The notes: a model not told the origin generated them from the letters alone. 64,000 bases of DNA from an uncultured virus (IMG/VR IMGVR_UViG_3300042868_008629) (IMGVR_UViG_3300042868_008629:1-64000), one strand, 5' to 3'. Shown: positions 48,425-58,414, numbered from the stretch's first letter. A program made the numbers and translations.

Positions 48425-49447
48425 ATGAATCACGATTTAACTGCAACGGCAGAATTAGAACTTTCTGAGAATCAAATTATGTCCATTCTCAACAATTTAA
48501 CAAATGATAATTTTTTGATATTGTTTAATGAACAACAAATACAAAGAAATTTATCAATTACAGGTGAGGAACTTTTACATACAATTGACCATAGAGGAAA
48601 ATCTAAGGTTTACGATGAAGGGGTTCTTAATTATACAACAGATTTAGATACATTTTCATTTGGAAAGTCGAATCGTAAGATTATTCAAAAAAAAGTAGAT
48701 GGGATATGTAAAACAATTGAAGAATATGGTATAATTGTTCCAATTATTGTGGATAAAAAATTAGAAATTGGTGAAGGACAACATCGTGTAAAGGCACTAA
48801 TGAAGTATAATGAAAATAACCCCAATAATAAAAAAGGGATTCATTTTATAGTTCGTAAAGAAATTCCGGCTAAGACAGTTAAAGTTATGAATAGAACTTT
48901 TACTAATTGGAAACCAAATGATTATTTACACTCTTATGCTGAAGATGGATTTGTTGAATATATCAAATTGAAAAATTTTGTTGAAAAAAATAAAGACTTC
49001 AGTATATACTTACTTTCAGCTATGTGTCAGAATGATTTGTCTGGTATCGATAGACATGGTGGGAAATCAAATATAAATCATAACACTGGTGAATCTAGTA
49101 TGGATAAATTTGAACAAGGTCGATGGACAGTTGTTTATGACGACCCAAATTTGGAAAGAGCTCAACGATATGCAGATGATATTAGAAAGGTGACTAAAGT
49201 TTGTAATGTTAAATCTAAACATCTTTATTTTGCATTGTTGAACTTATTAATGAATGTCCCCAAATTTGATTTGAATAGATTCATAGATAAATTACAAGAA
49301 AACTATTTGTTTTATAACAAAGTTAAAATTCATAATAGAGAACAAGCATATGATTTTATCGGTGAAGTTTACAATAAAAAATTGAAAAAGTCTGAAGAGT
49401 TTTTAGTAATATTAGAATACTACAACAATAAAAGAAAAAAACCATAA
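48425..49447 (+). CDS. ParB/Srx N-terminal domain protein
   Basis: NR...IEEYGIIVPIIVD....EGQHRVKAL...MN....WK..DY. Confidence 0.65.
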   Translation: MNHDLTATAELELSENQIMSILNNLTNDNFLILFNEQQIQRNLSITGEELLHTIDHRGKSKVYDEGVLNYTTDLDTFSFGKSNRKIIQKKVDGICKTIEEYGIIVPIIVDKKLEIGEGQHRVKALMKYNENNPNNKKGIHFIVRKEIPAKTVKVMNRTFTNWKPNDYLHSYAEDGFVEYIKLKNFVEKNKDFSIYLLSAMCQNDLSGIDRHGGKSNINHNTGESSMDKFEQGRWTVVYDDPNLERAQRYADDIRKVTKVCNVKSKHLYFALLNLLMNVPKFDLNRFIDKLQENYLFYNKVKIHNREQAYDFIGEVYNKKLKKSEEFLVILEYYNNKRKKP

Positions 49448-49810
49448 ATGAACAAAGTTTATTTGATTGACATTGATGGGACAATATGTGAGGATATAAG
49501 AAATGAAGAATGGTATTTATACCCATTTGCACAACACTATGAAGAAAGTAGATTAATTCTAAATAAGTGGTATGATGAGGGAAATATTATAACATTCTTT
49601 ACCGCCAGAGAGAGTAAAGATAGACATATTACGGAAGATTGGTTAAGATTGAAAGGATTCAAGTTCCACGGATTGATTATGGATAAACCAAGATGTAAAG
49701 ATGGTCAGGTTTATCATTGGATTGATAATAGACCTGTAAGAGCAACAACTTATAAAGGTAACTGGACTGAACTTAAACAGATTTACGCTAAAATAGAAAC
49801 ATTTGAATAA
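49448..49810 (+). CDS. HAD-superfamily phosphatase
   Basis: IDIDGTIC, FFTAR, MDKP, WIDN. Confidence 0.75.
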   Translation: MNKVYLIDIDGTICEDIRNEEWYLYPFAQHYEESRLILNKWYDEGNIITFFTARESKDRHITEDWLRLKGFKFHGLIMDKPRCKDGQVYHWIDNRPVRATTYKGNWTELKQIYAKIETFE

Positions 49811-49953
49811 TGGTAAAAAGATTTGTTAGATTTCCAAATGAAATGGATTTCGTTGAAATGGAAATCAATATGGATGATTTTAATATGGTTACAGAGTTTA
49901 GTGACCAAATGTTTGGATGGTATAAAGGAACTTATATTTCAATAAAGTTATAA
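49810..49953 (+). CDS. 47-aa hypothetical protein (not in the ORF track)
   Basis: TAATG-coupled ORF MVKRFVRFPNEMDF... Confidence 0.45.
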   Translation: MVKRFVRFPNEMDFVEMEINMDDFNMVTEFSDQMFGWYKGTYISIKL

Positions 49954-49958
49954 AATTA

Positions 49959-50570
49959 GTGAGAGTATTAAATCTATATGCTGGTATAGGTGGAAATAGG
50001 AAATATTGGGAAAATGTTGATGTGACAGCGGTGGAATACAATGAAGAAATCGCAAATGTGTATCAACATTTTTTTCCTAATGACACAATTGTGGTTGGTG
50101 ATGCCCACGAATACCTTGCCAAGAACTGGAGAAACTTTGATTTTATTTGGTCAAGTCCCCCCTGTCAAAGTCATAGTAAAGTTAGAATGATGGCAAGCAA
50201 AGGAGGAAGTTATGACTCCGTAATGCCTGATATGAAGTTATGGGCAGAAATCATTTTCTTACAAAACTTTACCAAGAACACAAACATCAAGTTTGTTGTT
50301 GAAAATGTTAAACCATATTATGAACCATTTGTCAAACCAACAATAAAGTTGGGGAGACATTTGTTTTGGACAAACATTGATATCCCCGAAATTGAAATTA
50401 AAGATGGATTGACCCATAATGAGAGGGGAAGTTCCGAGAAAGGTTATTTTGATTTGAGGGAGTTTAAGTTATCCCACAGAAAAGACCAGATAATTAGAAA
50501 TTGTGTTGACCCTGATGTTGGAAAATATATTTTGGATTGTGTGGTAAAACAAATTGATATATTAACATAA
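49959..50570 (+). CDS. Short C5-cytosine DNA methyltransferase
   Basis: LNLYAGIGG, WSSPPCQ, VVENV. Confidence 0.8.
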   Translation: MRVLNLYAGIGGNRKYWENVDVTAVEYNEEIANVYQHFFPNDTIVVGDAHEYLAKNWRNFDFIWSSPPCQSHSKVRMMASKGGSYDSVMPDMKLWAEIIFLQNFTKNTNIKFVVENVKPYYEPFVKPTIKLGRHLFWTNIDIPEIEIKDGLTHNERGSSEKGYFDLREFKLSHRKDQIIRNCVDPDVGKYILDCVVKQIDILT

Positions 50571-50588
50571 ATTAGTTAGATTGATAAA

Positions 50589-51020
50589 ATGGAATTAGTA
50601 ACGACTTATATTTGTAAGACCTCAGATAATGGTGTTCACGATAATATATTCGGTGGAACAATATTGGGGTTAATCGACCAAAGTGCTGGTGCTTATGCTG
50701 CACAGATATGTGATACACCAAGAATGGTGACAATCAAAATTGATGAATTGATTTTCAAGAACTCCGTTAAGGTTGGTAATATTATTAAGTTCTATGCCAC
50801 AGTTAAAGAGTTTGGTACAAGTTCCGTAACTTTATATATGGAAGTTAGAAAACATAATGTTTATACTGGTCATCAAGATGTGGTGGTATCAACCAATATC
50901 AAATTTGTAAGAATTGATGAAGAAGGTAGAGCCATCCCAATCTCTGAACGAGTTAAAACAAGATACTACAACAGAATGGAACAATATGGTAAAGGACTAT
51001 TAAACCCTGAAGAAAAATAA
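50589..51020 (+). CDS. Acyl-CoA thioesterase (HotDog fold)
   Basis: NIFGGTILGLID, MVTIKIDELIF, FVRIDEEGRAIP. Confidence 0.75.
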   Translation: MELVTTYICKTSDNGVHDNIFGGTILGLIDQSAGAYAAQICDTPRMVTIKIDELIFKNSVKVGNIIKFYATVKEFGTSSVTLYMEVRKHNVYTGHQDVVVSTNIKFVRIDEEGRAIPISERVKTRYYNRMEQYGKGLLNPEEK

Positions 51021-51025
51021 TATAT

Positions 51026-52150
51026 ATGAATAAATTAGATAAAGATTATCAAGAACTCCTATTGGATATAATGACAAATGGGGTAACAAAAAATGATAGA
51101 ACTGGTACAGGAACAATATCAGTATTCGGTCGCCAGATAAGACATAAAATGTCAGATGGATTTCCAGTACTAACAACCAAGAAAATGTATTTCAAGGGAA
51201 TTGTGACTGAATTGATTTGGTTTTTAAGGGGTGATACAAACATCAAATACCTTGTTGATAATGATTGTCATATTTGGGATGGTGATGCTTATAAGCGGTA
51301 TATTATGTTACCAAAAAAATTATCTGAAGTTGTTTCTGATGGTGAAAAATTTAATGGTAGAAATTTAACAAAAGAAGAATTCATTAACAAAATCAAAACA
51401 GATAATGAGTTTGCTAAGAAGTGGGGTGAATTGGGAAAAATATATGGAAGACAATGGCGAAGATGGACTAAAAAGAAAATGTATCTATCAACTGATGGTT
51501 CATACGAAAACATTTATGATGAGGCAGACCAAACAGTTATTGACCAAATAGTAATCCTCATTAACGAACTCAAAACAAATCCAGACTCAAGACGACTAAT
51601 GGTTTCAGCTTGGAATGTGGGTGAATTAGACCAAATGGTACTTCCACCTTGTCATTATGGATTTCAAGTTTATACAAGAGAATTGAGTGAAGATGAAAGA
51701 AATGAAATTAGAGATATGCAATACTTGAAGAATAACTTACATCAAGCACTAAAAGGAAGTGATACTAAAATTGATTGGGAAAATATCCCAACCAGAGCAA
51801 TCTCTTTAATGTATAATGCCAGAAGCCAAGATGTACCACTCGGAACTCCATTCAATATATCTTCATACGCATTGTTGTTGGTGATATTGGGTAAAATGGT
51901 TAATATGATTCCTGATGAGTTAATTGCTAATATGGGAGATTGTCATATTTATTCAAATCAAATTGATGGAGTTAAGGAACAACTAACAAGAGAACCATAT
52001 CAATTACCAACATTGAAGATTAATTCAGGTAATGAAAATTGGCATCTATTGGAATTGGATGAAGTATTGAATACATTAGACCCAAGTATAACATTCAAGT
52101 TAGAAAATTACCAATCACACCCAATCATAAAATTACCATTATCTAATTAA
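51026..52150 (+). CDS. thyA: Thymidylate synthase
   Basis: DRTGTGT, TTKK, ELIWFLRG, PDSRR, LPPCH, RSQD...PFNI, HIYSN. Confidence 0.95.
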   Translation: MNKLDKDYQELLLDIMTNGVTKNDRTGTGTISVFGRQIRHKMSDGFPVLTTKKMYFKGIVTELIWFLRGDTNIKYLVDNDCHIWDGDAYKRYIMLPKKLSEVVSDGEKFNGRNLTKEEFINKIKTDNEFAKKWGELGKIYGRQWRRWTKKKMYLSTDGSYENIYDEADQTVIDQIVILINELKTNPDSRRLMVSAWNVGELDQMVLPPCHYGFQVYTRELSEDERNEIRDMQYLKNNLHQALKGSDTKIDWENIPTRAISLMYNARSQDVPLGTPFNISSYALLLVILGKMVNMIPDELIANMGDCHIYSNQIDGVKEQLTREPYQLPTLKINSGNENWHLLELDEVLNTLDPSITFKLENYQSHPIIKLPLSN

Positions 52151-52151
52151 T

Positions 52152-52547
52152 ATGACACTAGACAATTTAAGATTGTTAATTAAAGATGTTTTTGATAATT
52201 CAACAGACATCAAAGAAATTGAAAGTTCCATATTTTCGTTAATACGATTATACGAGATGACCGATAAAACTGAATCAACTTTCATCAAAGACAGATACGA
52301 CCACAAGATACCTGAAAAAGTTCCATATCATACAATATGTGGATGTAATCCAGAAAATGGTGGTAATGGTATTTGTGGTTGTACGATTGGGAGTGTTATG
52401 GAACTAATGCAAAAAAAATATGAAGGGACAATTAAATCAAATACAACAACATATTCTGATGCTTTAAGTTGCGGTTTTGGTATCTGTAATTGTACATCAG
52501 AAGACAACTATACCTATTGTTTAACTTCAACTAAAACAACAATATAA
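52152..52547 (+). CDS. Cys-containing hypothetical protein
   Basis: CGCNPENGGNGICGC motif. Confidence 0.5.
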   Translation: MTLDNLRLLIKDVFDNSTDIKEIESSIFSLIRLYEMTDKTESTFIKDRYDHKIPEKVPYHTICGCNPENGGNGICGCTIGSVMELMQKKYEGTIKSNTTTYSDALSCGFGICNCTSEDNYTYCLTSTKTTI

Positions 52548-52548
52548 T

Positions 52549-52776
52549 ATGGAATACAGAATTGTAAAAGTTGAAACACCTCAAATAACGAAGAATTATG
52601 AGGCTAAAATAGATTTTATACCTGAAGTATACTTTGTAACAAGATATGAAATAGAAAAGAAAATATTTTTCTTTATGCCGTGGATAAACACTAATTATCA
52701 ATTTATAACTCTTGAAGAGGCTACATCATATGTTGATTGGTTCAAAAGAAAAAAAATTAGAACAATTATCAAATAA
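52549..52776 (+). CDS. Hypothetical protein
   Basis: Operon ORF. Confidence 0.5.
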   Translation: MEYRIVKVETPQITKNYEAKIDFIPEVYFVTRYEIEKKIFFFMPWINTNYQFITLEEATSYVDWFKRKKIRTIIK

Positions 52777-52874
52777 TGGAAAACAACATACCACCCCAAG
52801 ATATGGCACAAGAGCTCTTCCATCGTTTCAATAAGGAAGGGCTTCACGATTTAATAACCACAGAAAACAATTAA
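52776..52874 (+). pseudogene. Truncated duplicate of the 5' end of 53648-53893
   Basis: The first 72 nt nearly match 53648-53719, then a stop follows after 32 codons. Confidence 0.55.
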
Positions 52875-52877
52875 ATT

Positions 52878-53078
52878 ATGGAAGAAAATTTAAAAAAACT
52901 TACTAATAATTGTAGTGTTTGTGATTCTGATAAAATCAGATATGAAACTGTAACTTTTCGCAATCTAGTTATTCAATTAATAGCTGGTAAAACCGTTATA
53001 AGTTCAACATATCAAGATATTGAATATAAGATTTGCGTTAAATGTGGTGATAGACGTACAAATTTTTTTACATATTAA
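52878..53078 (+). CDS. Zn-ribbon protein
   Basis: CSVC...CVKCG. Confidence 0.5.
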   Translation: MEENLKKLTNNCSVCDSDKIRYETVTFRNLVIQLIAGKTVISSTYQDIEYKICVKCGDRRTNFFTY

Positions 53079-53188
53079 AAATAAAATCATAAAAAGAGAA
53101 AGTTTTAAAGAGTTTCAAGAAAGATTGTGCTGAACAAAAACTTAATTGGAGAAGACAAATAGTTAATATTAATTAAAAACAATACATT

Positions 53189-53368
53189 ATGAAAAATTTA
53201 GAAAGAAAAAAACTGGAAAGTTTATTAAACAGTAGAATTGATGAGGTTAATATTATACCAATTTATAAAGATGAAAATAAAACTGAAGTTGAAGAAGTTG
53301 AATGTGAAATTAAATTTAAAACAAATATTCAATATATAGAACAATTGTTGGATATTTGTAAACCCTAA
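53189..53368 (+). CDS. 59-aa hypothetical protein (not in the ORF track)
   Basis: MKNLERKKLESLL... after an A-rich leader. Confidence 0.4.
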   Translation: MKNLERKKLESLLNSRIDEVNIIPIYKDENKTEVEEVECEIKFKTNIQYIEQLLDICKP

Positions 53369-53448
53369 TAGTTTTGATACCCAATAGTTCAGAAATTTAT
53401 GGTATTATTAATGAATTTTATAAAAAAAATTAGAACAATTATCAAATA

Positions 53449-53595
53449 ATGTGTAACAAAATTAAAAAGTGGCTTGACAAAGGTGAAGGAGGACAATTTT
53501 ATGAACCTTATGTAACAAATGGGGATGTTATTATATTAATGATGTTAACTATGATAGTAAGTGTTATGATAATATTGGGGTGTCTGATTGTATAG
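53449..53595 (+). CDS. 48-aa membrane peptide (not in the ORF track)
   Basis: MCNKIKKWL...VIILMMLTMIVSVMIILGCLIV. Confidence 0.4.
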   Translation: MCNKIKKWLDKGEGGQFYEPYVTNGDVIILMMLTMIVSVMIILGCLIV

Positions 53596-53647
53596 CACAA
53601 CCCAGTAATATATCCAAGAACAATATCAACAAATACAACTATATAAA

Positions 53648-53893
53648 ATGGAAAACAACATCCCACCCCAAGATATGGCACAAGAGCTCTTCCACACCTT
53701 TAATAAGGAAGGACTACACCAGATATCCTCTGTAATTAATCGTCATATTAGAAAAGAATTAATCAAGCAGTGTGTGTTGTTATCAATTAACCTTCACTTG
53801 GATGAATTATCCAAAATGCAACTAATATTCTCAGATAGAGAATTACATTACAAATATTGGGAAGAAGTTAAATTAGAAGTAAAAAAAATATAA
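53648..53893 (+). CDS. Hypothetical protein
   Basis: KQCVLLSI...YWEEVKLEVKKI pattern common in phage small proteins. Confidence 0.5.
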   Translation: MENNIPPQDMAQELFHTFNKEGLHQISSVINRHIRKELIKQCVLLSINLHLDELSKMQLIFSDRELHYKYWEEVKLEVKKI

Positions 53894-53894
53894 T

Positions 53895-54401
53895 ATGGAA
53901 AAGAAACAAACAGCAGTTGAATATCTATATAAAAATTTATTAGATAATCCTTTATCAAATGAAGATGTTATATATAACATTAGAGTATTTGAAAAAGCCA
54001 AAGAAATGGAAAAGGAACAATCCACCATTACAGAAGACACCTCTGATGGATACCATACCTTCAAGGAACTCTATGAGTTTAGAAAAGTATATAATGCAAC
54101 ACTATTCAATGAATGGGGAAAACAAATGCAAGAATATCTAAAATGGGAAAGTGAAGATTGGCAAATACTTAATTTACCAAAGTATGATGTTCATAAAAGT
54201 TGGAGACATAATGATGGTGAATTATGTTTTGGTGGTGGATGGTTTATAGTAGTGGCAAACTTACCATCAGGACAAATCAGTAATCATTATCAAGCTCACG
54301 ATTGGGATTTATTTGATATACCAGTATATGAAAAGGCCAAATATCCTTTTGATGGGCATACCTCAAAAGATGTATTAGATAGATTAATTAAACTTAAATA
54401 A
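53895..54401 (+). CDS. Conserved phage hypothetical protein (SDGYHTF...DGHT motifs)
   Basis: SDGYHTFKELY, KSWRH.DG, GWFIV, GQISNHY, FDGHT. Confidence 0.6.
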   Translation: MEKKQTAVEYLYKNLLDNPLSNEDVIYNIRVFEKAKEMEKEQSTITEDTSDGYHTFKELYEFRKVYNATLFNEWGKQMQEYLKWESEDWQILNLPKYDVHKSWRHNDGELCFGGGWFIVVANLPSGQISNHYQAHDWDLFDIPVYEKAKYPFDGHTSKDVLDRLIKLK

Positions 54402-54402
54402 A

Positions 54403-54612
54403 ATGATAAAGACCGGAGCAGTATATTTTTTATACAGATTTTTCAATGATAATCCTGAAGCAACAATAGAAGAAGGATATGAGGTATATAAACAAGCCTT
54501 AGAAATGGAAAATAAAATTAATCAAGAGTATTATAACCAAGGTGCTCAAGATTGTAAAAATACCTTTGAAAAAATAATCAGTGATGTAACAGGGAATATA
54601 CCAAATCTTTGA
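54403..54612 (+). CDS. Hypothetical protein
   Basis: Operon ORF. Confidence 0.45.
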   Translation: MIKTGAVYFLYRFFNDNPEATIEEGYEVYKQALEMENKINQEYYNQGAQDCKNTFEKIISDVTGNIPNL

Positions 54613-54615
54613 TAA

Positions 54616-54867
54616 ATGAAAACCTATATCCACGTCAATCAACATCACATCCGTTCCAATAAAACAAAAGGAACAAATCTACCTGTCATAACCGTAAAAC
54701 AAGGTAAGAAGAACACCTATTGTAATGAAGTTGAGATATTAGGTCCAAGTAAAGTTATATATGGTGGTGAAGGATGTGAGGCAAAACCACTATTATCTTG
54801 TGGTGCAAGAGTGGTTATTATTACGGAAAGTGAAGTTAGAATAATAGATGGACAACCCCCTTTATAA
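54616..54867 (+). CDS. Conserved phage hypothetical protein
   Basis: IHVNQHHIRSN...PLLSCGARV. Confidence 0.55.
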   Translation: MKTYIHVNQHHIRSNKTKGTNLPVITVKQGKKNTYCNEVEILGPSKVIYGGEGCEAKPLLSCGARVVIITESEVRIIDGQPPL

Positions 54868-54905
54868 TCTCCAAAAAAATACCTACAATTATAGAAAATC
54901 AAATA

Positions 54906-55772
54906 ATGGAAAATAATATAGAACAATTTGTAAATAAAATAATAAATGGGGATTGTATTGAGGTTATGTCTACCTTCCCCGAAAATAGTATTGACCAAGT
55001 TATCACATCACCTCCATATAATGTTAATATCTCTTATGACACATACAATGATGGTTTAACTATGGAACAATATTGGGAATGGACTGAAAAGTGGTTGACC
55101 CAAGCATTCAGAGTATTGAAAGAGGATGGAAGATTATCTTTGAACATTCCTTATGAAATCAATACACAAGATAGAGGTGGAAGAGTTTTTATGGTTGCTG
55201 AGTTTTGGATGTTAATGAAGAAAGTTGGATTCCAATTCTTTGGTGTTGTTGACTTGGAAGAACAATCCCCACATAGAAGTAAAACTACAGCATGGGGTTC
55301 TTGGATGAGTAGTTCTAGTCCTTATATCTACAATCCAAAAGAATGTGTAATATTGGCATATAAGAAATTTCATAAGAAACAAACCAAAGGACAACCACAA
55401 TGGACAGGAACACCAGTTGTCCAAGAAGATGGTAAAACCAAAATGACTTATCTTGATGAAGATAAGAAAGAGTTTATGGAATTGGTTTATGGTCAATGGA
55501 GTTACTTTGCAGATACCAAGACATTAACGAAAGCCACGTTCAGCATGGATATTCCAACAAAAGCGATAAAGATTTTGACATATAAAAACGATATTGTCTT
55601 AGACCCATTCTGTGGTAGTGCAACAACAATGGTTGCCGCTGAGATATTAGATAGAAGATGGGTTGGGATAGAATTAAGTCCAAATTATACAAAGATTGGA
55701 ACTGATAGGGTTCAAGCCTTTGTGGATAACAAGAAACAAATGAAAATAGAATTTGAAGAAGGAGCTGAATAA
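54906..55772 (+). CDS. N4-cytosine/N6-adenine DNA methyltransferase (beta class)
   Basis: GDC, ITSPPYN, VLDPFCGSATT, GIELS. Confidence 0.85.
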   Translation: MENNIEQFVNKIINGDCIEVMSTFPENSIDQVITSPPYNVNISYDTYNDGLTMEQYWEWTEKWLTQAFRVLKEDGRLSLNIPYEINTQDRGGRVFMVAEFWMLMKKVGFQFFGVVDLEEQSPHRSKTTAWGSWMSSSSPYIYNPKECVILAYKKFHKKQTKGQPQWTGTPVVQEDGKTKMTYLDEDKKEFMELVYGQWSYFADTKTLTKATFSMDIPTKAIKILTYKNDIVLDPFCGSATTMVAAEILDRRWVGIELSPNYTKIGTDRVQAFVDNKKQMKIEFEEGAE

Positions 55773-55784
55773 GTTCCTTTTTTT
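55759..55784 (+). terminator. Intrinsic terminator
   Basis: AAGGAGCT / AGTTCCTT stem plus T run overlapping the stop codon. Confidence 0.6.
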
Positions 55785-55820
55785 GTTTAAGGGGGATATT
55801 TATGAAGAAAACATTTTTTA

Positions 55821-57494
55821 ATGAAAAAACAATTAATTAAGGAATCAGGTATTCGTGATATTAATGATATCGCAAAAAGATACAACAAGGCCAAAATATA
55901 TTTTCATATTGATTTGGATGGTGTTACATCAGCAATTGCAATGAAAGTATATTTGGAAAGTTATGGTATAGAGGTTGTTGATGCTGAAACAATACAATAT
56001 GGTACAGATGAGTTTGCTATCAAAAAACCAGATGCCAGTGGAAATGTTATGCCTGTTTTGGTAGATTTTGCTCACGGAAAACCAATGTTTAAGATTCATA
56101 CAGACCATCACGATAGACAAGCAGGGGTTGAATCAGGAACATCAACAAGTTTCAGACATGCAAGGTCAAATGTTGAAACAATATCAGGTGTAATTTCAAC
56201 ATATGACTTATTTCCTCCATCTGACATTAAAATAATATCAACAATTGATTCTGCTAATTTTAGAGCAATGAATATTACTGTTAGGGAGGTTATGAATTAC
56301 ATTTTCAAGGTTGAAAAAGAATCTCCTGAAAGAAGTAATATAATAATGGGATTGGTTACAAACAAAATATTGTTAGCGTTTAAAAATAAAGAATTTGAAG
56401 GTAAAAATATATTAGAGAGACTTGTTCTTATTTGTACTCCATCACTTAAAAATATCTATAATAATTTGATAAGAATGATTATGGATTCTGGTTTAATGGA
56501 TAAAGTGAAGGGATTTTTGAACACAGAGTTGGGTAATGAAGAACCAAAAGGTGATAAAATCAGAAGAATTCAACAACAACTTCAAAAACATGGTGAAACC
56601 TATTTGGAGAAAGTTAGAGGTAACATAGGTAAACAACTCAAATACGAGGATGGTATTATCATCAAAGATGGGTCTGCTGGTGCTAGTATGGCTAATGTTG
56701 GAAGTTATGATAGATATGTGGCTTTTGAATTGATTCCTGACGCTGATTTCCAGGTTGTAACTTGGGGTTCAGTTGGATTATTACAAGTTTCTTGTAATCC
56801 ATATAAAGAATCTAGAGGACTCAAAGGGGTTGATTTAGGTAAAATGAATACAGAAATTCTCAATAACCATAAATCTGAATTAGAAGGTATTAAGACTACA
56901 CTTTTACGTTTAAAAGAAGTTGCTGAAAGTAGTAAAAAATTTGTACCTTATGAAAGTGTTGGTTTTACCTTTCAAGATTTTATTGCATTGTATAGCGAAA
57001 AAGATGAGAATGGTAAAGTTATCAAAGATAAAGATGGTAAAATCATAAATATAAAAGGCTATTTTGATGTACCTGAAAAATTTAAAAATTTTACAAACAA
57101 AAAAAGTGAAGAGGAAAATAAGAAAAGTGAGGAGGAAAATAAGAAAAAAGGACAAAAAAAAATGACCCCACTTAAGTTTTGGCAAAATCTAATTAGAAAA
57201 ACTATGATGAAACCTTTTGTTGGTTTAACGGATTTTGAACAAAGTATTCTAAAAGAAGTTTATATTAATGCTTATGATGTTATAAAAAACAATAGTGGTG
57301 GACACAAGTGTATTACAAATTTCCAAGCTTCTGCTTTGGGTGGTGGATTCGGTCCATACAAAACAACTGAGTTCATTGGAATGATTAAAGATGAGTTTGT
57401 TGAAAAGTTGAAAAATGAAATTCAGAAAGAGAAAAAACAGAATATCGATGAAAACTACTTTAGGAATATAATAAAGAAAATAATGAAAGGTTAA
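55821..57494 (+). CDS. DHH-family phosphoesterase
   Basis: YFHIDLDGVTSA, LVDF, HTDHH, IDSA and C-terminal SGGH motifs. Confidence 0.7.
   Translation: MKKQLIKESGIRDINDIAKRYNKAKIYFHIDLDGVTSAIAMKVYLESYGIEVVDAETIQYGTDEFAIKKPDASGNVMPVLVDFAHGKPMFKIHTDHHDRQAGVESGTSTSFRHARSNVETISGVISTYDLFPPSDIKIISTIDSANFRAMNITVREVMNYIFKVEKESPERSNIIMGLVTNKILLAFKNKEFEGKNILERLVLICTPSLKNIYNNLIRMIMDSGLMDKVKGFLNTELGNEEPKGDKIRRIQQQLQKHGETYLEKVRGNIGKQLKYEDGIIIKDGSAGASMANVGSYDRYVAFELIPDADFQVVTWGSVGLLQVSCNPYKESRGLKGVDLGKMNTEILNNHKSELEGIKTTLLRLKEVAESSKKFVPYESVGFTFQDFIALYSEKDENGKVIKDKDGKIINIKGYFDVPEKFKNFTNKKSEEENKKSEEENKKKGQKKMTPLKFWQNLIRKTMMKPFVGLTDFEQSILKEVYINAYDVIKNNSGGHKCITNFQASALGGGFGPYKTTEFIGMIKDEFVEKLKNEIQKEKKQNIDENYFRNIIKKIMKG
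57102..57143 (+). repeat. 21-nt tandem duplication (KSEEENK x2)
   Basis: aaaagtgaagaggaaaataag followed by aaaagtgaggaggaaaataag. Confidence 0.8.
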
Positions 57495-57496
57495 GA

Positions 57497-57844
57497 TTAA
57501 AGGGGGAATGTAACAACATCCCCCTTTTTAATTCCCATTCCTTTACAAGTTCCTCCTTTTACTTCAAGAATAAAGTTTCCTTCACCACAATAATTCTTAT
57601 GTGATTCATTAATCATTGGTTGACAATTATGATGTATTTTGGTGATAACATCATTGTCGATGAATATGATATCTAGTGGTATAATACAATTTTTCATCCA
57701 AAAACAATGTTCTTGGTTTTTCATTACGAATAACATTCCGTTGAATGTTTTATCAAATTTTTTGAACATCATTCCTTCTTGAGTTTCTTCGGGAGATGTT
57801 TGGATTTTTACCTTGAAAATGTTTCCGTTTATACTTAACTTCAT
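57497..57844 (-). CDS. DUF192-family protein
   Basis: GMMF, GMLF, FWMKNCIIPLDIIFI, LEVKGG. Confidence 0.8.
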   Translation of the reverse strand: MKLSINGNIFKVKIQTSPEETQEGMMFKKFDKTFNGMLFVMKNQEHCFWMKNCIIPLDIIFIDNDVITKIHHNCQPMINESHKNYCGEGNFILEVKGGTCKGMGIKKGDVVTFPL

Positions 57845-57870
57845 ACTTATAAATATAATAATAATTCGTT

Positions 57871-58257
57871 ATGGGAAATTGTGCTGGTATCTTATTAAAA
57901 TATAAAAATCAATGTTTATTATGTAAACGAAGTCAGAAGAGTAGTTTACCTGGTGTATGGTCTGTACCTGGTGGTCATTTGGAGAAAGGTGAGAGTGTTG
58001 AAAATGGTGCTATTAGAGAGTTTAGTGAGGAGACAGGATTGGTGATATTGGGTGATTTGAAATATTTGGCAACATTGACTGGTGGGGGTAGAATGAAGTA
58101 TTATTTGTTTATGTATGAGATTTCAAGAAAGGTCGAGATTGATTTGGATGAGGCTATGGATGGTCACGAACACGATGAATGTGGGTGGTTTAATAAAAAA
58201 AACTTGCCTGATAATGTTGAAAAACAACTTTTTTTTATAATTAATAAAATTTTTTGA
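57871..58257 (+). CDS. NUDIX hydrolase
   Basis: PGGHLEKGESVENGAIREFSEETGL Nudix box. Confidence 0.85.
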   Translation: MGNCAGILLKYKNQCLLCKRSQKSSLPGVWSVPGGHLEKGESVENGAIREFSEETGLVILGDLKYLATLTGGGRMKYYLFMYEISRKVEIDLDEAMDGHEHDECGWFNKKNLPDNVEKQLFFIINKIF

Positions 58258-58329
58258 TACTTTTTGTAAATATTGATATATTTATATTCACAACCCAACT
58301 TCCCTTTCTTATGTTGGTCGATATATCTT

Positions 58330-58366
58330 AACCCCGATAAATGTAGAAATTTGTTGGGGTTTTTTT
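58330..58366 (+). terminator. Intrinsic terminator
   Basis: AACCCCGATAAAT / ATTTGTTGGGGTT stem plus T run. Confidence 0.7.
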
Positions 58367-58414
58367 ATTTATATGAGATATTTATTTTTATAAAATAAAA
58401 TTGAAAAAAAAACG

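Noticed and set aside
51026..52150. ThyA as a base-modifying hydroxymethylase
   Set aside because: It retains canonical ThyA motifs including the dUMP-specifying Asn (PFNI); no modification cluster is adjacent.
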